In this document: one piece after another, positions 19,067-29,100 of the stretch
Layout of the letters: every line of letters starts with the position of its first letter
Position numbering within the stretch: the first letter of the stretch is position 1
Virus record (IMG/VR): IMGVR_UViG_3300042549_008416
Length of the DNA: 64,000 nucleotides
Reading direction: 5' to 3' (one strand)
DNA from: an uncultured virus (IMG/VR IMGVR_UViG_3300042549_008416)
Taxonomy: Duplodnaviria > Heunggongvirae > Uroviricota > Caudoviricetes
Notes under the pieces: model-generated
Told to the model about the DNA's origin: nothing
Databases searched by the model: none
The model's input: the letters and a program-made list of their open reading frames with translations, nothing else
Position numbers and translations under genes: made by a program

Positions 19067-20104
19067 ATGAAAAAAGTTTTAGTACTAGGAGGTGGAGGAT
19101 TCATAGGTGGCCACCTTGCAAAAAGGTTAAAAGCCGAAGGTTGCTATGTTCGTATAGCAGATATTAAGAACCACGAGTATTTCAACCACTCTGAAATTTG
19201 TGATGATTTTAGACTGGGAGATTTACAAGACCCTTCATTTGTTTCCAGAATAATATATGCTCCTGACCAATTATCTATGGATGATTGGCAAAACTCATTT
19301 GATGAGGTATATCAGCTTGCCGCCGATATGGGTGGGGCTGGTTATATCTTTACTGGCGAGAATGATGCTAATGTAATGCACAACTCAGCTTTAATTAATT
19401 TGAATATTGCAAAATTTTCAGCTCAAGCATTTGCAAAAAAAGTATTTTATAGCAGTTCAGCTTGTATGTATCCTGAACACAATCAATTAGACCCTAATAA
19501 TCCTAATTGTGAAGAGAGTTCAGCTTATCCCGCAAATCCAGATAGTGAATATGGTTGGGAGAAATTATTTTCTGAAAGACTTTATTTAGCATATGCAAGA
19601 AATTATGGGTTAGATGTTAGAATTGCAAGATTTCATAATATCTTTGGAACAGAAGGAACTTGGAGGGGTGGTAAGGAAAAATCTCCAGCAGCAATTTGTA
19701 GAAAGGTAGCTGAAGCAGAAGATGGTGGAGAAATCGAAATATGGGGAGACGGAAATCAAACAAGGTCATTTTTATATGTAGATGAGTGTGTAGAAGCCGT
19801 AATCAGATTAATGCGTAACAGCGAATACAATCAGCCAGTAAATATTGGAAGTGAGGAAAAGGTATCTATGAATCAGCTTGCTCATATGATTATTGATATT
19901 TCAGGAAAGAATATATCAGTTAAAAATATTTATGGAGAAGAATTTTTTGAAAAATATTGTTATCCTTGTCCAACTGGTGTAAACGGAAGGAACTCACATA
20001 ACGAATTATATAGAAAAGTTGTGGGTTGGGAAGTAAGCAGACCACTTAAAGAAGGAATAGAAAAATTATATCATTGGATTGATAAAAAAGTAAAAGATGT
20101 ATAA
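19067..20104 (+). CDS. NAD-dependent epimerase, GDP-mannose 3,5-epimerase-like
   Basis: GGGGFIG, LAADMGGAG, SSSACMYP, YGWEK, RFHNIFG, EKSPAAICRK. Confidence 0.92.
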   Translation: MKKVLVLGGGGFIGGHLAKRLKAEGCYVRIADIKNHEYFNHSEICDDFRLGDLQDPSFVSRIIYAPDQLSMDDWQNSFDEVYQLAADMGGAGYIFTGENDANVMHNSALINLNIAKFSAQAFAKKVFYSSSACMYPEHNQLDPNNPNCEESSAYPANPDSEYGWEKLFSERLYLAYARNYGLDVRIARFHNIFGTEGTWRGGKEKSPAAICRKVAEAEDGGEIEIWGDGNQTRSFLYVDECVEAVIRLMRNSEYNQPVNIGSEEKVSMNQLAHMIIDISGKNISVKNIYGEEFFEKYCYPCPTGVNGRNSHNELYRKVVGWEVSRPLKEGIEKLYHWIDKKVKDV

Positions 20105-20747
20105 AGTAGCACTAATTGTACCTTGCTTTGAAAGACCTGAAAGGACTTTGAGAGCTTTAGATTCCGTAATGGCTCAAGACTTAAATAACTGGGAAGCATA
20201 TTTTGTAGGGGATAAGTGTCCAAATATCCAAAATTTAATAGATAGTGGAAAAGCCCACGAATATATTAATGCAGCAAAAGAAAAAGGAAATAAGTTAGCA
20301 ATATTTAATTTTCCTATTCATTATGGAGGATGGGGTTATCAAGGTAGAAATACCTGCGTAAGACTTTGTAGTGCTGACTATGTTATGTTTATGGATAATG
20401 ATGATGTGATTCTACCTAATCATATGAGTAGCTATTATAACGCTATTTCAAATACTGATAATGATTTAATGTATTTTAATACTTTCATTGAGCCAATAGA
20501 ACACGCAAATAGTAAAAGAGGTTCAGTTAGAGATTCAAAAATTGAAAAAGGAATGATTGGTCATTCGGAAATAATCGTTAAAAGCAGTTTACTGAAATCA
20601 TTAACTCCTGAAAAACCTGAATACAATCACGATTGGTTATGGATTAAAAATATAATTGATTCTGGTGCAAAACACGAAAAATTTGTTACAGAGCCTACTT
20701 ATATGATTATGAGTGTTGGTGAATTAAGAGAAAAAAATATAGATTAA
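20097..20747 (+). CDS. glycosyltransferase family 2
   Basis: IVPCFER, RNTCV, FMDNDD, HDW. Confidence 0.85.
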   Translation: MYKVALIVPCFERPERTLRALDSVMAQDLNNWEAYFVGDKCPNIQNLIDSGKAHEYINAAKEKGNKLAIFNFPIHYGGWGYQGRNTCVRLCSADYVMFMDNDDVILPNHMSSYYNAISNTDNDLMYFNTFIEPIEHANSKRGSVRDSKIEKGMIGHSEIIVKSSLLKSLTPEKPEYNHDWLWIKNIIDSGAKHEKFVTEPTYMIMSVGELREKNID

Positions 20748-21031
20748 TGAATAGCCCAAAATTATTTTCAGCAGCAATATTATCCGTAGCTTTTGGTTTA
20801 TTAATATTTGCAATGGGTCAAACAGATACTCAGAAGCCAATAAACAAAGAAAATGTATCTTTAGAAGATTCAATAGCTAAATTAAATAATCAAGTAGATA
20901 GTTTAAATAGAGAATTGTTTGTAACTGAAACTCAATTAACTAGATATGAAGTAACTTTAGAATTATTGAAAGAGAATAACAAAAAAGCAGCCGAAAAATT
21001 CGAATTAATATATACAACTCAAACAGAATGA
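20747..21031 (+). CDS. N-terminal TM + coiled-coil protein
   Basis: Hydrophobic N-terminus, heptad region. Confidence 0.65.
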   Translation: MNSPKLFSAAILSVAFGLLIFAMGQTDTQKPINKENVSLEDSIAKLNNQVDSLNRELFVTETQLTRYEVTLELLKENNKKAAEKFELIYTTQTE

Positions 21032-21345
21032 AATATACAGTAAGAAACAACGGAAAATCAAATGAAAAGGTATTAAACATCAATGGTGTACAATCAGTAT
21101 GTCCTTTTCCCCAGCCATTTCCAATGCCGTCACAAGATGGTAATAGTATGGTAATTATGCGTGTACCTTGTACAACTCAGTGTCCTCACGCAGAAATAAC
21201 AGAGGATGGAAGATGGGAAATTACTTGCGGTGGAGTTGTAAGAGGTTTTTTAATTGAAGAAGAGGATGTACAAGAAGTAACACTAGATAATGATGGAACA
21301 GAGCCAGAAGAACCAAATGACGGAGCTAAAATCGTATCATTGTAA
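21028..21345 (+). CDS. Cys-containing hypothetical protein
   Basis: CPF...CTTQCPH...CGG. Confidence 0.65.
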   Translation: MKYTVRNNGKSNEKVLNINGVQSVCPFPQPFPMPSQDGNSMVIMRVPCTTQCPHAEITEDGRWEITCGGVVRGFLIEEEDVQEVTLDNDGTEPEEPNDGAKIVSL

Positions 21346-21346
21346 T

Positions 21347-21709
21347 ATGAAAAAGATTCTATTATTGGCTTTGCCAAGCATTATTATTATTTCTTTGTTT
21401 TATGTCTTAAAGCCAAATAACGGAGAAATCAATAAACAGATTAAGGAATTGCAGGAAGAGAATAAAATACTTAAAAAGAAGAATGATTCAATTTTTGTAA
21501 GTATTGAGCAATTAGATAAACTGAAAGAAGAAGCAGACCAGAAAATAGGTCTTTTAGAAAATGAAGAAGCGAGACAAGCAGAACAGCTAAAATCTGTAAA
21601 TTCCAAACTAACCCAACTTAAAACTAAATATGAAAAAGCATCTAATCATTCTGCTAATTTCAGTTCTGACGATGTCAAAAGGTATTTCACAGACAGCCTC
21701 AACTTCTGA
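21347..21709 (+). CDS. spanin-like membrane-anchored coiled-coil protein
   Basis: MKKILLL TM then long coiled coil; start placed at 21347. Confidence 0.55.
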   Translation: MKKILLLALPSIIIISLFYVLKPNNGEINKQIKELQEENKILKKKNDSIFVSIEQLDKLKEEADQKIGLLENEEARQAEQLKSVNSKLTQLKTKYEKASNHSANFSSDDVKRYFTDSLNF

Positions 21710-22052
21710 TAGTCTTACAACTATACCAACTGCTCAATTAAAAAAAGCAATCAATATTATAGAGAGTGCTAAAGTAATGAAATTAGAGCTTGGTATAAAT
21801 AAGAATAAAATTTTAGTGATGGATTCGCTTCTAATAACTAAAGATAAAAAGGTTGAAGAATACAAGATAAAAGATAGTTTGAATACATTGGTAATTGGAA
21901 GCTATAAGGATATAGTGTCTAATATGAATAAAAGTTTAGCAAATGCTGATTTATCATACACATTAGTAAATTTGAAGCTGGGCAAAGAAAAAATGAAAAA
22001 ATGGGCAACACTTGTACTTGGAGTAGGTGTTGGCTTTTTGATATTCCACTAA
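21630..22052 (+). CDS. spanin-like partner (signal peptide, coiled coil, C-terminal TM)
   Basis: 80-nt overlap with the upstream gene. Confidence 0.5.
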   Translation: MKKHLIILLISVLTMSKGISQTASTSDSLTTIPTAQLKKAINIIESAKVMKLELGINKNKILVMDSLLITKDKKVEEYKIKDSLNTLVIGSYKDIVSNMNKSLANADLSYTLVNLKLGKEKMKKWATLVLGVGVGFLIFH

Positions 22053-22070
22053 AGAAAAATAGAGAAATAA

Positions 22071-23309
22071 ATGGGTAAGCAAAAAAAAGTGCTATGTCTT
22101 ATGGACTATGTTGCACGAACTGGATTTGGAACTGTAAGTAAAAACATAGTAAAGGAACTTAAAAAGCACTACGGACAAGACCTTTTGCTTGATATAATAG
22201 CCATAAACTACTTTGGCGAACCTTATCACGAAGATGACAATACATTTGTTATTTCAGCTCGTTTGAATGATGTAAACGATGACCCATTCGGAAGATTTTT
22301 CTTTTTAAAAATACTTAAAGAGACAGATGCTTACGATGGAATTTTCATTTGTCAGGACTTGGGAACTATAACTTCTTTTATGGAAGTATTAGAACATATC
22401 AAGCAAGACAAAAAAGACAACAATAAAAAAGTATTCAAATCAATATTTTATACTCCAGTAGATTGTCCTCAATTAATATATCCTCTTGTTAAGGGATTAG
22501 ACTTCTTTGATGTACTTGTAACTTATACTGAATTTGGTAGAAAGCTGATAAATGGTTTAAGACCAGAACTAAAAGTGAAAGTAATACCTCACGGCAATAG
22601 CTCCAAAGACTTTTTCCCTATGGTTGAAGAGGATATAAAAAAATTCCGTCAAGAATATTTTGGAGAAAATGCAGATAAATTCATAATTACCAATATAAAT
22701 AGGAATCAGCCAAGAAAGGATTTACCAAACACAATTTTTGCTTTTATGGAAGCTAAAGAGATTTGGAAAGAAAACCTGCCTAAGCCATTCCTTTATTTAC
22801 ATACACATCCTAAAGACCCTATGGGATGGGATATTCGTGCATTGATGATGCAAACAAATTTAGTAGAAGATGTAGACTATAAGCTATTACCTAAAGAATA
22901 TGAAGAGCAGGGAACTGAAACAGAACTTGTAAACAAAATATATAATGCATCTGATGTTTATTTGACAACAACTTTAGGAGAAGGATGGGGACTTGGGTTT
23001 TCAGAAGCCGCAGCCTGCAAAACTCCAATAGTTGCTCCATACTCAACTTCTTTTATTGAGATGTCAAATTATGGAAAAAATGCTTATATGCTTGAAACTC
23101 TATATCCATTTGTAAATGAGACTGATAATGTAATAAGACAGCAAACAGATATTTATGAAGTTGCTGAAAACCTTTTACAAGTCTGTATGGATAAATGTAG
23201 TAATTCTAAAGACTTAACAGATAAATTAGAGAGAAGCTATCAATGGTCTAAAAAAATAGAATGGTCTGAAGTTTGTAAATCTTGGATTGAATACTTTAAA
23301 ATATTTTAG
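22071..23309 (+). CDS. glycosyltransferase family 4 (GT-B)
   Basis: TGFGTV, IPHG, NRNQPRKD, GEGWGL..SEAAAC. Confidence 0.9.
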   Translation: MGKQKKVLCLMDYVARTGFGTVSKNIVKELKKHYGQDLLLDIIAINYFGEPYHEDDNTFVISARLNDVNDDPFGRFFFLKILKETDAYDGIFICQDLGTITSFMEVLEHIKQDKKDNNKKVFKSIFYTPVDCPQLIYPLVKGLDFFDVLVTYTEFGRKLINGLRPELKVKVIPHGNSSKDFFPMVEEDIKKFRQEYFGENADKFIITNINRNQPRKDLPNTIFAFMEAKEIWKENLPKPFLYLHTHPKDPMGWDIRALMMQTNLVEDVDYKLLPKEYEEQGTETELVNKIYNASDVYLTTTLGEGWGLGFSEAAACKTPIVAPYSTSFIEMSNYGKNAYMLETLYPFVNETDNVIRQQTDIYEVAENLLQVCMDKCSNSKDLTDKLERSYQWSKKIEWSEVCKSWIEYFKIF

Positions 23310-23590
23310 TAGTAGTATCCGTACTCTTCTAAATATTCTTCAAGCTCATCAGTAGATATTGATGCAAAAAGGCTTTCCATTTCTGCTTCAATTACTTCTT
23401 CTGGTACATCAGATTCTACATATTCTAATTCTTCAGGATTCCCATTTGTAATTAAATTCATTACTTCAGGAGTAAAATTAGCTTGACCAATTTCATCCAT
23501 CTTTTTATTTATGTAAATCACTCTCGCACCGATAATTACACCAGCAAATAATATTCCACCACCAATCCAAAGTAATTTCTTTTTCATCAT
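23306..23590 (-). CDS. small N-anchored membrane protein with acidic tail
   Basis: KKKLLWIGGGILFAGVII. Confidence 0.7.
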   Translation of the reverse strand: MMKKKLLWIGGGILFAGVIIGARVIYINKKMDEIGQANFTPEVMNLITNGNPEELEYVESDVPEEVIEAEMESLFASISTDELEEYLEEYGYYY

Positions 23591-24378
23591 TTATTCAAAA
23601 GATTAATAAAGTTAAGAGCTGTGTTACTAAAAAACATACTACTTTGTGCTTGAAGAGGTGTTGTAGAAAACCCTTGATTTGGAATAACGAATTGATTTTT
23701 AGTTAAAAGAGTATATATCATAGGGGTTTTATAAAGTTTATTATGTAATAAACCCCAACTATATAATCTAGTTAAAGCACCATTATCTGAAAAAACTTGG
23801 CATCCAGCAGAATTTCTACTACTGCTACCCCAACTTCTATGAATCAAAATACTTGTAGTAGGAGCAATAATTTTAACTTCTCCTCTCGCTTTAGCTGATT
23901 CAAAACCACTGCTTAATGGTTTACCACTCGCTGTTAATCTTTTTATTTCTTCTTTACTTGGCTTCCATCTGTAAACGGGTATTGGGTCAACTGGTCTAAA
24001 AGATGGATAACCCTGAAAATTACCAGCAGGATAAAAACGATATTGACCTTCTACAGTCCAAGCAGTACCATATTTTGCTGGTATAGGGTCTGTTGAATTA
24101 ATTAGCCAATAAGGAGTAGGGTCTGTTGTTGCATTAGAATTAATAATTTCCCAATTATCAGCTACTAATGGTGTAAATGATTTTCTTAATCTTATCCCAC
24201 CAATAGCATCATCCATCAAACCAGTATCACAAGTTTGAAGTCTGATACCATACAATACGACATAATTATATAATTTATTCTTCTTAATCTCATCAAGATT
24301 AATCTTACCATTAGGATAAGAAGCCATAATAGCATTTGCTATTGTTTCTCCAGTAAGTGGTATTTTTTCTATTAACAT
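23587..24378 (-). CDS. L,D-transpeptidase (YkuD)-like peptidoglycan enzyme
   Basis: ILIHRS...SAGCQV His/Cys motif, TTDP. Confidence 0.65.
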   Translation of the reverse strand: MLIEKIPLTGETIANAIMASYPNGKINLDEIKKNKLYNYVVLYGIRLQTCDTGLMDDAIGGIRLRKSFTPLVADNWEIINSNATTDPTPYWLINSTDPIPAKYGTAWTVEGQYRFYPAGNFQGYPSFRPVDPIPVYRWKPSKEEIKRLTASGKPLSSGFESAKARGEVKIIAPTTSILIHRSWGSSSRNSAGCQVFSDNGALTRLYSWGLLHNKLYKTPMIYTLLTKNQFVIPNQGFSTTPLQAQSSMFFSNTALNFINLLNK

Positions 24379-24386
24379 AAATATAA

Positions 24387-24884
24387 TTAATATATTCTAC
24401 CAAGCCCAGAATAATCTTGAGCGGCTTCAATAATTCCAGACATTCCCTTTAAATAAGCTTCAGGAGTCACGCCACCATAACCAGCTTTTCCAAACATTAA
24501 TATTTGTTCCTTAGCTGATTTAGCATTATCACGAGCATTTTTATATCTATCTTGCATCAAAACTTTACTAACTCCTCGTATTCCAGCTTCTACGTCTCTG
24601 AATATCGAAAAATTTTGAGTTGATTTAACTAATTTACCCTTTTTACCTACTTTAGTTGGCATAACAATACAACCAACTACACCTTCTAGTTTTCGTGCAC
24701 AATTTATACCACCCCAATTATTATATTTTTGTGTAAGAGTAGATTGACCCCAACCACTTTCAACAGCTTTCTGTGCAACTGCTGCCGCAAAAAAAATATT
24801 AGTTCCTCTGATAGCTTTAATAATTCCTTCGCCATAATTGTCGATGAACCATCTAGTTTTATCTTTTACAGCTTTTGAATACAT
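24387..24884 (-). CDS. GH73 glucosaminidase (FlgJ-like), copy 2
   Basis: AQKAVESGWGQS...NNWGGI...RY...AGY. Confidence 0.85.
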   Translation of the reverse strand: MYSKAVKDKTRWFIDNYGEGIIKAIRGTNIFFAAAVAQKAVESGWGQSTLTQKYNNWGGINCARKLEGVVGCIVMPTKVGKKGKLVKSTQNFSIFRDVEAGIRGVSKVLMQDRYKNARDNAKSAKEQILMFGKAGYGGVTPEAYLKGMSGIIEAAQDYSGLGRIY

Positions 24885-24894
24885 AAAAAAAGTT

Positions 24895-25170
24895 TTAATA
24901 GTCTCCCAATCCAGAAAGTAGCTCAGATTGTTGTAAATCTGATAACTCTGAATTTTCTCCAGCTACAGGAATAGTGTCTTCTTCAGTAAATTCTGGCTCT
25001 ATATTAGTATTTTCCTTTTTTAATTCTTGTAATACATCTAAAGCTTCATCACTACTTACTTTACTTGCATCAGCTTGAGCTCTCTTAATCCTTTGATAAA
25101 CGAATATTACAGCGTATGTAAGAAGGAGACCAGAACCAACTGCGATTGCAATTTTTTTATTTTTTGTCAT
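24895..25170 (-). CDS. small N-anchored membrane protein with acidic tail
   Basis: KKIAIAVGSGLLLTYAVIFVY. Confidence 0.7.
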   Translation of the reverse strand: MTKNKKIAIAVGSGLLLTYAVIFVYQRIKRAQADASKVSSDEALDVLQELKKENTNIEPEFTEEDTIPVAGENSELSDLQQSELLSGLGDY

Positions 25171-25180
25171 TTCAATTTAT

Positions 25181-25681
25181 TTAAGATATTCTTCCAAGAC
25201 CAGTATAGTCTTGGGTTGCTTCAATTATTGAAGAAAGACCATTCAAATATTTTTGTGCAGGAGTAGTAGTATATCCAGCTCTTGCAATTCGTAATACTTG
25301 GTCTTTAGCAGAAGTAGCTTTATTCCTAGCATCTGCATATCTGGGATTCATTAAGACTTGTACAGTAGCCTTAATACCAGCTTCTACATCTCTGAATTTA
25401 CTGAAAGATTGCTTTACAATTCTTTTTCTACCACCGATATATTCAGCAGTGTCTTTTGTAACACAACCAACGACACCAGATAATTTTGGAGCACATTTAA
25501 TACCTCCCCAATTATTATGTTGAACTGTAAGACTAGATTTTCCCCAACCGCTTTCTAATGCTTTTTGAGCTACGATTGTGGGAAAATATAAGTTCGTACC
25601 CTTGATAGCTTTGGCGATTCCATCACCATAAGTATCTACGAACCATTTTGTCTTATTTTTTACTGCGAGTGAATAAGGCAT
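25181..25681 (-). CDS. GH73 glucosaminidase (FlgJ-like), copy 1
   Basis: AQKALESGWGKS...NNWGGIK...TAEY...AGYTT. Confidence 0.9.
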   Translation of the reverse strand: MPYSLAVKNKTKWFVDTYGDGIAKAIKGTNLYFPTIVAQKALESGWGKSSLTVQHNNWGGIKCAPKLSGVVGCVTKDTAEYIGGRKRIVKQSFSKFRDVEAGIKATVQVLMNPRYADARNKATSAKDQVLRIARAGYTTTPAQKYLNGLSSIIEATQDYTGLGRIS

Positions 25682-25750
25682 ATGAATAAATTTAACGCAA
25701 ATAGCCCCGTTTTAAACAGGGCTCTTGCGAATCTTTTTGTTAAAAATTGA

Positions 25751-25855
25751 TTACTTCAATTTGTAAGCAGCAAAAGCCAAAAGACCAATGATAATTACAT
25801 TGTGTACATTTGTTCCGCCTAAAAATTTAGGGCTGTTGATGTTTAATAAGTCCAT
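25751..25855 (-). CDS. 34-aa membrane microprotein A
   Basis: MDLLNINSPKFLGGTNVHNVIIIGLLAFAAYKLK; paralog of 25903-26010 with synonymous differences. Confidence 0.8.
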   Translation of the reverse strand: MDLLNINSPKFLGGTNVHNVIIIGLLAFAAYKLK

Positions 25856-25902
25856 TTTTTGTTTGTTTGTATTTTAAGAAATAGTTACTTCCTTTGATAA
25901 GC

Positions 25903-26010
25903 TTACTTTACAAGCTTATACACGATAAAAGATGCTAAAGCAATCTTGATTACGTTGTGTACATTTGGGCCACCTAAGAATTTAGGGCTGTTGATGTTTA
26001 ATAAGTCCAT
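25903..26010 (-). CDS. 35-aa membrane microprotein B
   Basis: MDLLNINSPKFLGGPNVHNVIKIALASFIVYKLVK. Confidence 0.8.
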   Translation of the reverse strand: MDLLNINSPKFLGGPNVHNVIKIALASFIVYKLVK

Positions 26011-26071
26011 TTTTGTTTGTTTTTGTTTTTAAAAAATATCCGTAGTTACTCGGCATTTAAACTGTGTACAT

Positions 26072-26101
26072 CAAAAATATGTTATTTTCGATAAAAACAA
26101 A
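26072..26101 (-). promoter_or_regulatory. Bacteroidota-type promoter for the inverted cassette
   Basis: On the - strand: TTTG N18 TATTTTTG. Confidence 0.55.
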
Positions 26102-26124
26102 TAAATTTACAAAAAAAATATTTT

Positions 26125-29100
26125 ATGCCTAAAAGAGCAGGGAGACCATCGGTTGCCCAAACACCAGCACCTAAGTCTGATAAAATATACGGTTCAAAGA
26201 AGAATCAAAAGGGTTCTGCGACAGAAAAAAAGTCAAAAAGTATCAATTTGTCTGATAAAACAATAAATACTTTAAAAGAAAAGTTGGATAATTTCAAAAA
26301 AAGTCATCCAGCTAAGAAAAATATTGACTTAAATGACCTGAAAGCCGTATACAGAAGAGGTTCTGGGGCTTATAGCAGTTCACACAGACCAACAATTACT
26401 GGCGGTGCTCCGAATTCAAGGGCAGCGTGGAGTTATGCTCGTGTAAATAAATTTTTAAAGAAGGCTGGTGGGGCTAAAGTTAAGGCTGCATATGTACAAG
26501 ATGATGATTTGATGGCAGATGGTGGCTTAACAGATGGAATCGAATTAAAAATTAAAGATAGCCAAGATGGTAAGTTCAAAAATTTTAATTTATTAGAAAA
26601 TGGTAGAGTATTCGCTGGTGTTTCTATTACAAAAGATTGGTTGAATTGGGCTTATCCTGATGACAAAGAATGGATTAAATTAAAAAATAATTTAAGTAAA
26701 ATTGGTGTAACAACTAAAAAGGGCGAAATAGTTGGTGAATTTTATCAAGTCACAAATTTGTATGTAGGTAAGGGATATAATAGCAAATATAAAGGTAAGG
26801 GGTATGCAAAAATTTTAATGAATGAAGTCATTAAATATGCAACTAAAAATGATTTGTTACCATTATTTCTTTTGGCAGAACCTGATAAGCAAGAAAAAAT
26901 GTCAAGAGAAACTTTAATAAACTTCTATAAAAGCTTTGGTTTCAAATACTTAGGAATTGGTACTATGGTGTACACATCAAAAGAAGTTGAATTTAATCAA
27001 GAAAGTAAATATGATTACGCTGATGGTGGAGTGCCTAGAGGTGGAGATTGTTATGAAGCAGCAGGTCAATTCTGTATGGGCTCAGTTTATATGGCTGAAC
27101 CAGTAGAATTTGTTGGAGAGCCATATTTAGTACACGCTGAGGTAAAAGGTCAAGGTAAAGCTGAAGGTATACGATTCGGGCACGCTTGGGTTGAAGATGA
27201 TGAAAATGTGTATGATTACTCAAATGCAAGAAAAATTATAATGCCGAAAGTAGTTTACTACGCCATTGGCGATATTCAGACCGAAAATCCACTTAAATAT
27301 CAACGATACACATTTCCCGAAGCTAGAGCTAAAATGTTGAAAACCAAGCACTACGGAAGCTGGGATATAGATACGAAGTATGCAGATGGTGGAGAAACTG
27401 AAGGTTATAGAGTATATATCAATAATGAATACAGAAGAACCATAAAAGATGAAGATTTAAAAAATTATTATTTGGATAAAGGATTTCAGATGAATAATGG
27501 AAAACTTCAGATATATGGTAATGATATATCTTTTGCTGATGGTGGAATGATTGCTCCTAATGGAAAGCCAAGTAATCTTACCCCTGAGCAATACAAATTA
27601 GTTCGCACTCCTGAATTTAAAGCGTGGTTTGGGGATTGGGAAAATGACCCTGAAAATGCTTCAAAAGTCGTAGATGAGAACGGAGAGCCAAAGGTAGTAT
27701 ATCACGGAAGTAGAAGTGCTTTTTCAATATTTGATATTAAAAAGAGCGGAGAATCAAGTACACCTGCGAATGTAGGTTTTTGGTTTACTCCAATTAAAAA
27801 CTTTGCATATAATTTTGCATCAACTACTTGGTATGGTAATTCTAAGGAAATAAATGTTTATCCAGTATTTTTATCAATAAAAAGTCCAAAAATTTACAAT
27901 AGTGATTCAGAAGATTCAGGAGTTCGTTATCCAGACTCATATGAAAAATTTAAAATTGATGTATGGGCAATAGATGGACAGGATGCAGATAGAGCTAACA
28001 TTGGAGGAATAGGTATGATGTTAAAAAATGAAAAAGAAACTATAAAAAAATATCGTGAATCTTTAGAAAATGAAGGTTTTGATGGAATTTTTATTAATAA
28101 AACAAGATATGATAGAAGAGAGGCAGGTGGTTTAAATGACCAAATTGTAGCATTATTCCCAAATCAAATAAAACTTGCTGATGGCTCTAATACTACATTT
28201 GATATGAATAATGAAGATATTAGATTTGAAGATGGCGGAGAGGCTTCACAGCACATAACCTGCATAAATTGTGGATGGGAGTGGGAAACAGCAGATTCAG
28301 CAGAGAGCGATAAGTATGTATGCCATCAATGTGGGTTTGACAATTCTCTATTCTACGATGGTGGAATATTGAAACCTACTATGACTCTGGAACAGATTGC
28401 TGAGGCAAATCTTATGAAAGATTACTTAAAACCAGTAAGCATAGAATATTTGCAAGAGCAACTTGAAAAAGGTATGCAGCACGAGAAGGAACATACTGAC
28501 AGCGATGAAGTAGCTACGACTATTGCCTTACATCACTTAGCAGAGAGACCAGATTATTATGTAGAACTGGAAAAAATGAAATTAGAGGATGGTGGCGAAG
28601 TATCAATTTCAGACGAAGATTATGAATTTTGGATAGGCGGAGATGAAAACTTTGGTAAAGCTATCAAACAAGATGGTGTAATAGTTGGTGGAATCGCATA
28701 TGATGAGGATGACCAACAAATCAATGGTATAGTAATAAAAAATAAATTCAGAAAAAAGGGATTAGCAAAAAAGACAATCAAAGCACTTTTTGACAAAAAC
28801 CCTGATTTACAGAGAGTTTATGTAAGAGCTGTTCCCGAATCAAAAGCTTTTTGGAAGAAAATTGGTACTGATTTTAGCAACTATAATGAAGATGCAGGAC
28901 TTTGGGAAGGCTATGTAAATAGATTTGACGATGGCGGAAATGTTATTTCAGAAGATAATAGCCCTGAAGATATTGAAATTTCAGATTTTCTAAATCAACA
29001 AAAGTCTGAAGCTCAAATGGTTATGACGTGCGATGACTCTAAAATTTATAAGGCTATGATTTGCAAGACTAAGGTCGAAATAGCTGATAAAAGAATGTCA

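Noticed and set aside
24387..25681. Two GH73 copies as an assembly duplication
   Set aside because: They differ by many substitutions and small indels, consistent with true paralogues
25751..26050. Direct repeat as a possible CRISPR array or DGR template/variable repeat pair
   Set aside because: Only two copies, both intact ORFs with synonymous changes not limited to adenines; no reverse transcriptase or cas gene seen
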